Shown: one piece after another, positions 36,111 to 44,837 of the stretch
Numbering within the stretch: position 1 is the stretch's first letter
Layout of the letters: every line of letters begins with the position of its first letter
Source: Candidatus Saccharimonadia bacterium
GTDB taxonomy: Bacteria; Patescibacteriota; Saccharimonadia; Saccharimonadales; UBA4665
NCBI GenBank assembly: GCA_963810525.1
Contig: CAWENB010000006.1
Span: 40,175 to 104,174, forward strand
Direction: 5' to 3'
Length of the DNA: 64,000 nucleotides
Notes under the pieces: model-generated
The model's database searches: none
Seen by the model: the letters and a program-made list of their open reading frames with translations, nothing else
What the model was told of the DNA's origin: nothing
Made by a program: the position numbers and the translations under genes

Positions 36111-38618
36111 ATGAAACGTTATAATCCCAAAGAGATCGAACCCAAGTGGCAGGCCAAGTGGATTGCCGACAAACTATACGAAGCTGAAGACAGCTCCGAC
36201 AGGCCTAAGCGCTATATTCTGGAGTATTTCCCGTATCCGAGCGGTGCGGCCATGCATGTCGGTCATGTGCGTAATTACACTATCGGCGACGCTTTGGCGC
36301 GGTACGCCCGCATGAACGGCTTCAACGTGCTGCATCCGATGGGCTGGGATGCCTTCGGGCTGCCGGCGGAAAATTACGCCATCAAGACCGGCATCAGCCC
36401 GCAAGAAGCCATCAATCAAAACACCACGCGATTCAAGCAGCAACTGACGCAAATGGGTTTTGGCTATGATTGGTCGCGCGAGATTGCCAGCTCTGATCCG
36501 GCGTATTACAAGTGGACGCAATATTTTTCCTGCTGCTGTTCAAGCGTGGCTTGGCGTATCAGAAGGAGAGTCCGCAGTGACTGGTGTCCGGTCGACAAGA
36601 CCGTGCTCGCCAACGAGCAGGTCGAGAATGGCCGTTGCTGGCGCTGCGGCAGCGAGGTTGAGAAAAAATCACTCAAGCAGTGGTTCTTCAAAATTACCGA
36701 CTACGCCGACCGACTGGAGAAAGACCTGGACGAGGTCGACTGGTCCGACTCTATCAAGACAATGCAGCGCAATTGGATCGGGCACAAGACGGGGATCAAT
36801 ATCACCTACAAAGTCGTGAACGCCAAAACCGAAGAGGAGATTACGGTGTTTACGACCCGGCCGGATACGAACTTTGGAGCGACGTTTATCGTATTGGCGC
36901 CCGAGCACCCGTTCGTGCAAAAGGTAATGAGCCAGGAGATCGTACCGAAGAATGATTCCTCGCATTGGCAAGCTGTCGAGCATTATGTGCAGAAGGCTCT
37001 GAGTAAGAGCGAACTTGAGCGCAAAGAAGAGGGTCGTCTGAAAACCGGCGCGTTTACCGGGTTGTACGTGGTGAACCCGCTCAATAAACAAAAGCTACCG
37101 ATATGGGTTTCCGACTTCGTGCTGGCCGGTTTCGGTACCGGGGCGGTGGTCGGTGTTCCCGGTCATGATAGGCGCGACTTTGAGTTCGCCAAAGAATTCA
37201 AGCTGCCGATAGTTCGGGTAGTGGTCGGTGCCGACGGCGACACCTCGCCGATCACTAAACCGGAGCAGGTGCAGGAAAAAGCTGGCGAGATGATCAACTC
37301 CGGACCGCTCGACGGCCTCGACATCCATGAAGCCACCGAAAAGATGAAAGACCTGATGGAAGAAAACGGCATGGGTAAGCGGACCCATAGCTATTCCATC
37401 CGCGATTGGCTCATCAGTCGTCAGCGCTACTGGGGTGCGCCGATTCCAATTATCCATTGTCCGAATGACGGCGCAGTGCCGGTGCCTGACGATCAGTTGC
37501 CGGTGGTGCTTCCGCCGATGGAGTCTTATGAGCCGAGCGGCGACGGCCGCAGCCCGCTGGCGCGCGTGCCGGAATTCGTGAACACCGCCTGCCCGAAATG
37601 CGGCGGTCCGGCCGAGCGTGAGACCGATACCATGGACGGCTTTGCCTGCTCAAGCTGGTACTTCCTGCGCTTCGCCGATCCGCACGATGCCGACAAGGCA
37701 TTCGATGACGCCAAGGTCAAATACTGGTTGCCGGTTGACGATTACATCGGCGGTGCCGAGCACGCCGTCATGCATCTGCTCTACGCCCGCATGTGGACGA
37801 AGGTCATATTCGACGCCGGACTCATCAATTTCAACGAGCCGTTCAAGCGACTGCGTAATCACGGTATGATTCTGGCGCCCGACGGCCAGAAGATGAGTAA
37901 AAGCAAAGGCAACGTTATCGCGCCTGACGAGCTCATCGGGCAAGGCTACGGCGCCGATTCTATCCGCATCATGGAATTGTTTATCGGTCCCTGGAATCAG
38001 ACGGCCAATTGGAGCGTCGAGGGCATGGGCGGGTCTTACCGCTTCCTGCAGCGGGTGTGGCAACTGGTCGGCTGGCTTGGTGAGTATACCACTGAAGAAA
38101 CAAGCATTCCGGACGATTTTGATTCCACGCCGCTTAAGCGTGCCACAGCCAAAGCAACTAAAAAAGTTACCGAAGACATGGAGCGGCTGGGCTTTAATAC
38201 CGCCATTGCTGCATTGATGGAACTGACCAACGAGCTGTACGATCTCAGAAACCGCATCCAGATGCATCAGGCTCCGGAAGAATGGCGCCGTACAATCATG
38301 ACGCTTTTGCAGTTGCTGGCACCATTCGCGCCGCACATCACCGAGGAGCTATGGTCGCAGCTTGGTCACCATGAATCGATCCATGTAAGCGAGTGGCCAA
38401 AGTACGACGAAAAGTATTTGGTGAGTGATACGATGACCGTTGCGGTGCAGATCAATGGCAAGCTCCGGTCCCAGCTGGAGCTGCCGTCTGACGCGGACGA
38501 AGCGGCGGTGCAGTTTGCCGCCAAGGCTGATGCCAAGGTGCAGATTCATACCGACGGCAAGGAAGTCGTTAAAACTATCTACGTGCCCGGCAAGATTTTA
38601 AACATCGTCGTCCGCTGA
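36111..38618 (+). CDS. leuS: Leucine--tRNA ligase
   Basis: HVGH (HIGH), KMSKS, WCP...TVLANEQV...CWRCG, MQRNWIG. Contains an internally out-of-frame ~16-codon stretch (see findings). Confidence 0.92.
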   Translation: MKRYNPKEIEPKWQAKWIADKLYEAEDSSDRPKRYILEYFPYPSGAAMHVGHVRNYTIGDALARYARMNGFNVLHPMGWDAFGLPAENYAIKTGISPQEAINQNTTRFKQQLTQMGFGYDWSREIASSDPAYYKWTQYFSCCCSSVAWRIRRRVRSDWCPVDKTVLANEQVENGRCWRCGSEVEKKSLKQWFFKITDYADRLEKDLDEVDWSDSIKTMQRNWIGHKTGINITYKVVNAKTEEEITVFTTRPDTNFGATFIVLAPEHPFVQKVMSQEIVPKNDSSHWQAVEHYVQKALSKSELERKEEGRLKTGAFTGLYVVNPLNKQKLPIWVSDFVLAGFGTGAVVGVPGHDRRDFEFAKEFKLPIVRVVVGADGDTSPITKPEQVQEKAGEMINSGPLDGLDIHEATEKMKDLMEENGMGKRTHSYSIRDWLISRQRYWGAPIPIIHCPNDGAVPVPDDQLPVVLPPMESYEPSGDGRSPLARVPEFVNTACPKCGGPAERETDTMDGFACSSWYFLRFADPHDADKAFDDAKVKYWLPVDDYIGGAEHAVMHLLYARMWTKVIFDAGLINFNEPFKRLRNHGMILAPDGQKMSKSKGNVIAPDELIGQGYGADSIRIMELFIGPWNQTANWSVEGMGGSYRFLQRVWQLVGWLGEYTTEETSIPDDFDSTPLKRATAKATKKVTEDMERLGFNTAIAALMELTNELYDLRNRIQMHQAPEEWRRTIMTLLQLLAPFAPHITEELWSQLGHHESIHVSEWPKYDEKYLVSDTMTVAVQINGKLRSQLELPSDADEAAVQFAAKADAKVQIHTDGKEVVKTIYVPGKILNIVVR

Positions 38619-38687
38619 GCGAGCCGGCCTCCGTACAGGAACAACAACTACTGGCCATAGTAGTTTATATATGATGTAATAACTGTT

Positions 38688-39143
38688 ATGAGTGAACAGG
38701 AACCTTGCACTGAGGCTGTATTGCTCTATGATGATATCGAAGCCGCCTTTCAGCTTGAGACCGATAAGATCGGATTTTCCGGTTTAGCTGAGTCGACCGA
38801 GCGAGGCACTGACTCAACTACCTTGTTAGTACTTGTGGGCAATATAGATAGGCCTGATCTGATTAACCCAACGATTACGCTCGTGAAAGCAGAGTGGTTT
38901 CATCGTCCAACGAACATCTTTTTGTGGCTTTCAGACGGTCGGCCAGGCGCCAGAGATGCCGCGGGCTTTGTCGCCAGACCTTCAGCTTGCCTCCATTGCT
39001 TACCGGGTCTGCCGCCGGTCGAGAATGATTTTTTACCGGACTTACGGGTGTATGTCCGGGATGCCGAGTGGGATGCGACGGCATCGAATGAATACGCGGC
39101 TTTTATTGATTGGGTTCGCGGGCGCGCATTAAAACTGTTTTAG
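38688..39143 (+). CDS. Hypothetical protein (151 aa)
   Basis: ORF only, with no motif. Confidence 0.45.
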   Translation: MSEQEPCTEAVLLYDDIEAAFQLETDKIGFSGLAESTERGTDSTTLLVLVGNIDRPDLINPTITLVKAEWFHRPTNIFLWLSDGRPGARDAAGFVARPSACLHCLPGLPPVENDFLPDLRVYVRDAEWDATASNEYAAFIDWVRGRALKLF

Positions 39144-39284
39144 ATGGTTTTCTGCAACATACTCAGATTCGGGCCGGATTATACGTCGTATCGTCTTATT
39201 CCGAGGTTGAGATTTCATACGGTATAAGTTATAATCAAGCCGAGTTTGCTATAACTACAAGTTAAGCAGGAGTTAAGGTAACAC

Positions 39285-39449
39285 ATGGGAAAGCCTAAAA
39301 AACGCACATCGCCGCGACGTACCGGTACCCGCCGGAGTCATATTGTTCTGGAATTGGCCCGGAAGGTCAATGCCAAATCGCCGGTTCGGGTGCGCACGAC
39401 CGCTCGTGAAAATCCGTCTAAAAAGTCCGCCGCGAACGCGAAATCATAA
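39285..39449 (+). CDS. rpmF: 50S ribosomal protein L32 (bL32)
   Basis: Not in the ORF track because it is under 60 aa. Translates to MGKPKKRTSPRRTGTRRSHIVLE..., containing the L32 signature K(R/K)RTS..R...RRSH. AGGAG lies 12 nt upstream. Confidence 0.85.
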   Translation: MGKPKKRTSPRRTGTRRSHIVLELARKVNAKSPVRVRTTARENPSKKSAANAKS

Positions 39450-39510
39450 GGGATTCCCTGGCTACTTGGAAGCTGCTCGTTAGCAAACAAACAGAGAAAG
39501 CAGTCAGTTT

Positions 39511-40032
39511 ATGGCATCCAATCGTCACCTCGGTCGCATCATCGCCTTGCAAACGCTCTACGAGCAGGATTTTCGTCGTGACGCGAACGACAAAGACTTC
39601 GATTTATTAATCGTACTTGAGCGCAATATTGCCCGCTATCAGGAGATGGTTGACGACAAGGCGTTCATTGAACAACTAGTTCTTGGGGTAGCTAAACACG
39701 AAGCTGAGCTCGATGCCAAACTGCAGCCAATTGCACCTGAATGGCCGATTGATCAAATCGCCCGCATGGACCGTATCGTATTGCGGATTGGGCTATATGA
39801 GTTGTTGCATGAAAAGGGAGTGCCGCCAAAAGTGGTTATCAATGAGGCGGTTGAGCTTGCCAAGGCCTTCGGCGGCGAAAATTCGTCGAAATTCATTAAC
39901 GGTGTACTCGGAACGGCGCTTCGCGATTACGCCGATGAGACGGCCGAACCGGAGTCCGGTGCCGAACCCGGACAAAAACTAAAAGACGGCAAATCCATTA
40001 CTGCTAAGAAATCCGGGAATAAGTCGACATGA
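39511..40032 (+). CDS. nusB: Transcription antitermination factor NusB with a charged C-terminal tail
   Basis: [38 protein letters not shown]. Confidence 0.85.
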   Translation: MASNRHLGRIIALQTLYEQDFRRDANDKDFDLLIVLERNIARYQEMVDDKAFIEQLVLGVAKHEAELDAKLQPIAPEWPIDQIARMDRIVLRIGLYELLHEKGVPPKVVINEAVELAKAFGGENSSKFINGVLGTALRDYADETAEPESGAEPGQKLKDGKSITAKKSGNKST

Positions 40033-40529
40033 AGCGCCCAAGACCGCTCAAAGGTATTCGCAATTTCGTCGTCACGCGCCGGCCGGTGATCAGCGAGGTG
40101 GTGCGTGAAACGACTTCCGGCGGCGTTGTTTTTCGTCGTAATCCAAAGAACCAGCAGCTGGAAATTCTGCTCATCCAGGATGCAAAAAATCGCTGGACTA
40201 TCCCGAAAGGCCACGTTGAGCCGGGCGAGGAGCACGGTGCGACCGCTGAACGCGAAATCCGTGAGGAGACCGGTCTACAGGACATGGAAGCGATCAGCTG
40301 GCTCGGCAAGGTGCAGTTCCGCTACCGACGCGCCCAGACCCTGGTGCTCATGACCATGCATATTTGGTTGGTTGAGGGCCAGGGCAATACGGACAATCTC
40401 GCGCCGGAAGACTGGTTGAATGATATAAAGTGGTTTCCGTCACGCGATGCTATTGATAAAATAGAGTATGAAGACATCGGCAAGCTGATGCTTATTGGCA
40501 TGAAAAAAATTCGAGAAGGTAAACTATGA
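40029..40529 (+). CDS. NUDIX hydrolase
   Basis: Nudix box [23 protein letters not shown]. The start overlaps the nusB stop. Confidence 0.85.
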   Translation: MKRPRPLKGIRNFVVTRRPVISEVVRETTSGGVVFRRNPKNQQLEILLIQDAKNRWTIPKGHVEPGEEHGATAEREIREETGLQDMEAISWLGKVQFRYRRAQTLVLMTMHIWLVEGQGNTDNLAPEDWLNDIKWFPSRDAIDKIEYEDIGKLMLIGMKKIREGKL

Positions 40530-40720
40530 ATCATAAAACAAATAATTCGCATACGTCACGGTCCTACTCCGGCGGGCCCAATAACGCACAATTCAAATCT
40601 GCGGCTATACTCAGCGAGGCGCTGTTTGCGGCAACGGCCGCCGCTTTGGCCCGGCGCAAGCAAGTGAACTCGATTCTCACCCGCCACACCTTCGGGTTGC
40701 GATGGAAGCTCCCGAAATAA
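40526..40720 (+). CDS. Doubtful small ORF (64 aa)
   Basis: The only support is the ATGA overlap with the Nudix stop. No motif. Confidence 0.2.
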   Translation: MNHKTNNSHTSRSYSGGPNNAQFKSAAILSEALFAATAAALARRKQVNSILTRHTFGLRWKLPK

Positions 40721-40746
40721 CCAGGTGATTTCAAAACCGCGAATCT

Positions 40747-41439
40747 ATGGACTACACGAGCTATCAGGAATTTGCCCGAACAAAACTCGGCGTGACGTTT
40801 AATAATATCGACCTGCTGGTAACCGCATTTACGCACCGGTCGTATCTGAACGAGCACAAGAAAACAGTCAAAGAGCATAACGAGCGCCTGGAGTTTTTGG
40901 GTGACGCGGTACTTGAGCTTATTGTCACGGAATTTTTGTTTGGAAATTATTCTGACCCTGAAGGTGTTCTGACCAACTGGCGCAGCGCGTTAGTACGCAC
41001 CGAGAGTATTGGTGCGGCAGCCGCTCGCAGCGGCTTTGAGCCGCTACTGAGGCTCAGCCGCGGTGAAAAGCATGGAACCGACCGCGCCCGTCAGCAAATC
41101 CTGGCCAATAGTTTCGAGGCGGTGATCGGCGCATTGTTCCTGGATCAGGGCTACGAGGTAGTCAAGCGCTTTATAAACGACAATTTAATCGTGACTTTTA
41201 AGCAAATTCTGGATACCGGCTCGTGGATGGATCCCAAATCACATCTGCAGGAAATCGTGCAGAGCCGAGACGGTTTCACGCCAGTATATAAAGTAGTTGG
41301 CGAAGAGGGCCCGGATCACGACAAGGTCTTTGCGGTCGGCGTCTTTGTCGACGGACAGCTTAAAGGCCGCGGAAGCGGGCCAAGTAAGCAAGCTGCCCAG
41401 CAGCAGGCAGCCGAAGCTGCACTAAAAGAGTATAGCTAG
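40747..41439 (+). CDS. rnc: Ribonuclease III
   Basis: RNase III signature NERLEFLGDAVLEL and a C-terminal dsRBD (GPDHDKVF...GSGPSKQAAQQQAA). Confidence 0.92.
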   Translation: MDYTSYQEFARTKLGVTFNNIDLLVTAFTHRSYLNEHKKTVKEHNERLEFLGDAVLELIVTEFLFGNYSDPEGVLTNWRSALVRTESIGAAAARSGFEPLLRLSRGEKHGTDRARQQILANSFEAVIGALFLDQGYEVVKRFINDNLIVTFKQILDTGSWMDPKSHLQEIVQSRDGFTPVYKVVGEEGPDHDKVFAVGVFVDGQLKGRGSGPSKQAAQQQAAEAALKEYS

Positions 41440-41726
41440 TAACGATCTGCAAATTGTAGAGGATTCCGGCCGTTTTGCTGGAGGATGTAGAGCTTATAAT
41501 TCTTGCCGGCTTAAATATTCATTGGTATCTGGAATCGGTGCAGAGGTAAACGCGTAGCCCGACTGTTTGGTAGTACTATGAGTTACCGACAATCCGGTAC
41601 TTTCAAGCCCACTGCTGGCTTGGTCTGGGCCAGGTGTCACAATCTGTTTGACTTCTGGGGTTCTTCTCTGTAAAATAAGACGAGATAATTTATAAACTTT
41701 CAAGAGTTAAGTGAGATAAGCCATAC

Positions 41727-42170
41727 ATGTTAGCTATTCGTATGCAACGAACCGGTCGCAAAGGTCACGCAATGTTTCGGGTGGTTGTTCAGGACTCTCG
41801 GCGTACGCCGAGCAGCGGCAGAGTGGTAGCCTACGTTGGTAGTTACGACCCGCACGGCAAGTCGGTTATTCTGCAGAAAGACAAAATATCATTTTATCTT
41901 GAAAATGGTGCACAGCCGTCAGACCGCGTGGCGAAGCTGCTACTTGGCGAGGGTGTTACGCTGCCTAAATGGGTGAAGCAGGTGTCCGCTGACAAGAAAC
42001 GCGCCATCCGAAACCCTGAGAAATTGCGTAAAAACCTACCGCCGGAAACGAAACCGGAAGTCGAGACCGCCGAAAAGTCAGGTACTGAGGCATCGACTGA
42101 AACAGCCGAGCAGACGTCCGATCCTAAAACCGCAGCAGAGCCAACGCCCGCTGAAACTTCAGAAACCTAA
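41727..42170 (+). CDS. rpsP: 30S ribosomal protein S16 (bS16) with a long C-terminal tail
   Basis: MLAIRMQRTGRKGHAMFRVVVQDSR...GSYDP matches the S16 N-terminal core. About 65 extra K/E/T/A/P-rich residues follow. Confidence 0.9.
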   Translation: MLAIRMQRTGRKGHAMFRVVVQDSRRTPSSGRVVAYVGSYDPHGKSVILQKDKISFYLENGAQPSDRVAKLLLGEGVTLPKWVKQVSADKKRAIRNPEKLRKNLPPETKPEVETAEKSGTEASTETAEQTSDPKTAAEPTPAETSET

Positions 42171-42272
42171 AAACGCTTTGCCTAAGTATATTTAGCCGGA
42201 CATCAAACTGCTATTAAGCATAGGTGTGCCGGTTTGCTATAATAGAACTTGTCAGTAATGGAGGAGATTGCT

Positions 42273-42695
42273 ATGAGCAGCATTGACCAGCAATTTGTAG
42301 AATTTGTCGTAAAATCCTTGGTGAGCAAACCCGATGCCGTTATCGTAGAACGGCGCATCGACGAAAAGGGTGTACTGTTGGAGTTGACGGTCGACCCTGA
42401 AGACCTTGGCCGGGTCATCGGCAAACGCGGGGCTACGGCGCAGTCATTACGCACGCTTCTCCGGGCGCTCGGCACTAAAAACGACGCCCGTTACAATCTC
42501 AAAATCGTCGACAACGGGGTTGGCGGCCACACGTCTGCCAGCGATAATGCTGATGATACATCGACTCACAATGACTACTCCGCGAAGGATGATCGCACCG
42601 ACAGCGTTGATGATCACGAACCGGAGACTCACGAAGAAAGCGTGATAAGCAAAACACGAAAAGAGCTCGAAGACCTCGATGATTTGGATGTCTAG
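42273..42695 (+). CDS. KH-domain RNA-binding protein (YlqC/UPF0109 type) with an acidic tail
   Basis: LELTVDPEDLGRVIGKRGATAQSLRTLL contains the GxxG KH motif. GGAGGA lies 6 nt upstream of ATG 42273. Confidence 0.8.
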   Translation: MSSIDQQFVEFVVKSLVSKPDAVIVERRIDEKGVLLELTVDPEDLGRVIGKRGATAQSLRTLLRALGTKNDARYNLKIVDNGVGGHTSASDNADDTSTHNDYSAKDDRTDSVDDHEPETHEESVISKTRKELEDLDDLDV

Positions 42696-42863
42696 GCTTT
42701 AACAAGCGGTCGTCTGTGTTAGTTTTTAGCTTGCATGAATTACTATTTTTCGATATATTAGTGGCAAGTCGATAAAAACGACTGAAACTTTAAAACAAAA
42801 ATATACAAGCTCATTGCGAGCCACTTCGTAAGCGATTTACGACTTGGGAGCTTTATATGTGGC

Positions 42864-42892
42864 AAAAAAGCCTTTTTATTAAGGCTTTTTTT
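42864..42892. terminator. Bidirectional rho-independent terminator between convergent genes
   Basis: AAAAAAGCCTT-tttatt-AAGGCTTTTTT forms a stem of up to 11 bp. An A-run precedes it and a T-run follows it. Confidence 0.6.
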
Positions 42893-43048
42893 GTTTGGCA
42901 GGCATTACGCATTTGGTGTAAACCGAATTATTCCGAAGGGGAGGGGGAAATCGTAATTAGCATACCGTGCCCGAGCGCCGGGGAACAAATTTCAAACCAT
43001 GCATAAAAACTCATTAGCGCTCGTTTAACTTTTCAATCAGTGAACGGA

Positions 43049-44314
43049 TTACGCTTTCGTACGCGGCAAGCTAAAGGTGAAAGTGCTGCCTTTGCCTATT
43101 TCCGAACCTTCGAGCCCAATACGGCCACCGGATTGTTCAATAATCAGTTTAGAGATATAGAGTCCAAGACCGGTGCCTCTGGTGGTGTCGCGCGTGAGTA
43201 AGCTCTCGCCGGCCTGCTGGAATTTGCGGAATAATAATCGCTGCGCCTCGGACGGAACGCCGCGGCCGGTGTCGGCTACGCTGAGGTACACAAAATTATC
43301 ATCTTGACGCGTGCTGGTCGTAATGCTGCCCGCGTCAGTAAATTTGATGGCGTTGCCGATAAGGTTATATACGACTTGCTTGATGCGCTGCTTGTCACCG
43401 GTGACGGCCGGTGAAGCCGCTACGCCCGAATCTATTGTCAGGACAACACCTTTTTGGCCACTCAATCCCTGCAATTCTCGTACGACGTCTTGTACGACTT
43501 CAGATAGCGTAAATGATGTCGGATTCAGTTGAATTTTACCTTGCTCAAGCGCCGAAACATCAAGAAAATCATTAACAATTCCTATGAGACGGATGGCTGA
43601 AGCGTGGATGTCGTCGATCATTTCATTCACGTCCGGGTTCGAGATGCTGTCGCCGTAGTAACGTTTGATCATCGAGGCATTACCGCGAATCGCAGTCAGG
43701 GGCGTGCGCAGCTCGTGCGATGCTATAAAGAAGAATTCGTCTTTGGCCCGTTCCAGCACTGCCTGCTCGGTAATATCCTCGACGAGTACGACGGCGCCGA
43801 TCTGTCGCCTGGACGGACTCAATTCACTGACCATAGGTGCGATTATGAGGCGCAGTGCATACTGCCCAAAGCTCAGCGGTTTATACTCTACCGGCTGATT
43901 CGAGGACATGCTTTTGGTGATGAGCTCACGCAACTGGATTTCCGGTTGCATGAGTGCGGTAATGCTGTCGAGCGTCCAAATTCGCAGTCTCTGGTTTTGG
44001 TTGACGGCGTCGGCCGTTTTGCTTGCCAGAATTCGGCGGACCGACGGATTGGCATAGACTACCTCCGGGTTGACATCGCACATGATGAGCCCCATATGCA
44101 GGCTGTCGAGAAATGAGTAAGCGCTTGAAGTAGAAGCTATCAGCTGCTCTGTCTTCAGTTGGACGCTGGCGCTCATGTGTTTTTGCTCATCGGTATGTTT
44201 GGTGTAGGTGTCGTTAATCTGTGCTAAGAACGGCTGCAGCTCCGACGGTACTGCATCTCCAAATGATTGGCTTATTTGCTGGGCTAAAAGCGGATGGTAC
44301 GGCGATGGTTGCAT
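43049..44314 (-). CDS. Soluble sensor histidine kinase (PAS-like N-terminus, HisKA, HATPase_c)
   Basis: H-box ASHELRTPLTAI, N-box NLIGNAIKFT, G1 ADTGRGV, G2 GTGLGLYISK. No TM segment is evident. Confidence 0.85.
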   Translation of the reverse strand: MQPSPYHPLLAQQISQSFGDAVPSELQPFLAQINDTYTKHTDEQKHMSASVQLKTEQLIASTSSAYSFLDSLHMGLIMCDVNPEVVYANPSVRRILASKTADAVNQNQRLRIWTLDSITALMQPEIQLRELITKSMSSNQPVEYKPLSFGQYALRLIIAPMVSELSPSRRQIGAVVLVEDITEQAVLERAKDEFFFIASHELRTPLTAIRGNASMIKRYYGDSISNPDVNEMIDDIHASAIRLIGIVNDFLDVSALEQGKIQLNPTSFTLSEVVQDVVRELQGLSGQKGVVLTIDSGVAASPAVTGDKQRIKQVVYNLIGNAIKFTDAGSITTSTRQDDNFVYLSVADTGRGVPSEAQRLLFRKFQQAGESLLTRDTTRGTGLGLYISKLIIEQSGGRIGLEGSEIGKGSTFTFSLPRTKA

Positions 44315-44353
44315 GGTTATAGTCAGGCTATTTATAGAGGTTTTTTTAGAATT

Positions 44354-44743
44354 TTACGCATTATCGGCTGGCTCGGGGGTGCCCAGCACACCTTTAATGA
44401 TGGCTACGACTTCTTCCGGCTCTTTTTCGCTTTTGACTATAATCTGGACGGCGCCTTTTTCGAGCGCCATTTGGGCAATGCGCATATCTGCCAGGTTGGT
44501 CAGAATAATGACGGGAATGGGCGCAGTTGCCGGCTCGGCCTTGAGTTTGGTCAACATCTCGATGCCGTTCATATTTCGCATCATGACGTCAAGCAGGATG
44601 ATGTCGGGATGAAACGTAGTGATCAGTTCAAGGCCCTGTTGACCGTCCTCAGCCAGCTCAGTCTCGAAATTTTCGAGCTTAAACAATTTTTGGTACATGC
44701 GATAGATGAGCGGATCATCTTCGACGAGCAAAATTTTCGACAT
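44354..44743 (-). CDS. Single-domain response regulator (receiver only, CheY-like)
   Basis: ILLVEDD, DIILLDVMM, PVIILTN..., K in IVKS. No output domain. Confidence 0.85.
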   Translation of the reverse strand: MSKILLVEDDPLIYRMYQKLFKLENFETELAEDGQQGLELITTFHPDIILLDVMMRNMNGIEMLTKLKAEPATAPIPVIILTNLADMRIAQMALEKGAVQIIVKSEKEPEEVVAIIKGVLGTPEPADNA

Positions 44744-44824
44744 AGGAGTTAGTCTTAGCCTTTCTTGCTAGTAAGTATAGCCCGCACTGTTAAAGCGGGC
44801 AACTGCTGCGCACTAGGGCTATGC

Positions 44825-44830
44825 TACTAT
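44825..44830 (+). promoter_or_regulatory. -10-like hexamer TACTAT, 7 nt upstream of the trmD GTG
   Basis: tactat-gtaatca-GTG(44838), with no SD. Confidence 0.35.
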
Positions 44831-44837
44831 GTAATCA

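Noticed and set aside
37650-38336. 228-aa minus-strand ORF inside leuS, plus several other 60-140-aa ORFs across 36174-38549
   Set aside because: They are antisense or alternative-frame ORFs within a strongly supported essential gene, with no motifs.
38646-38665. Hairpin AACTACT-ggccat-AGTAGTT after leuS as a terminator
   Set aside because: The stem is only 7 bp and AT-rich, and no T-tract follows. This is too weak to call.
41440-41726. Possible structured ncRNA (for example SRP RNA, 6S RNA or an r-protein leader) in the 287-nt spacer upstream of rpsP
   Set aside because: I looked for SRP RNA domain IV-like motifs and for stable extended hairpins and found none convincing by eye. A covariance-model scan (Rfam/Infernal) would be needed to decide.
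43604-44116. 170-aa plus-strand ORF inside the histidine kinase gene
   Set aside because: It is antisense to a gene with complete H, N, G1 and G2 boxes, so it is a shadow ORF.
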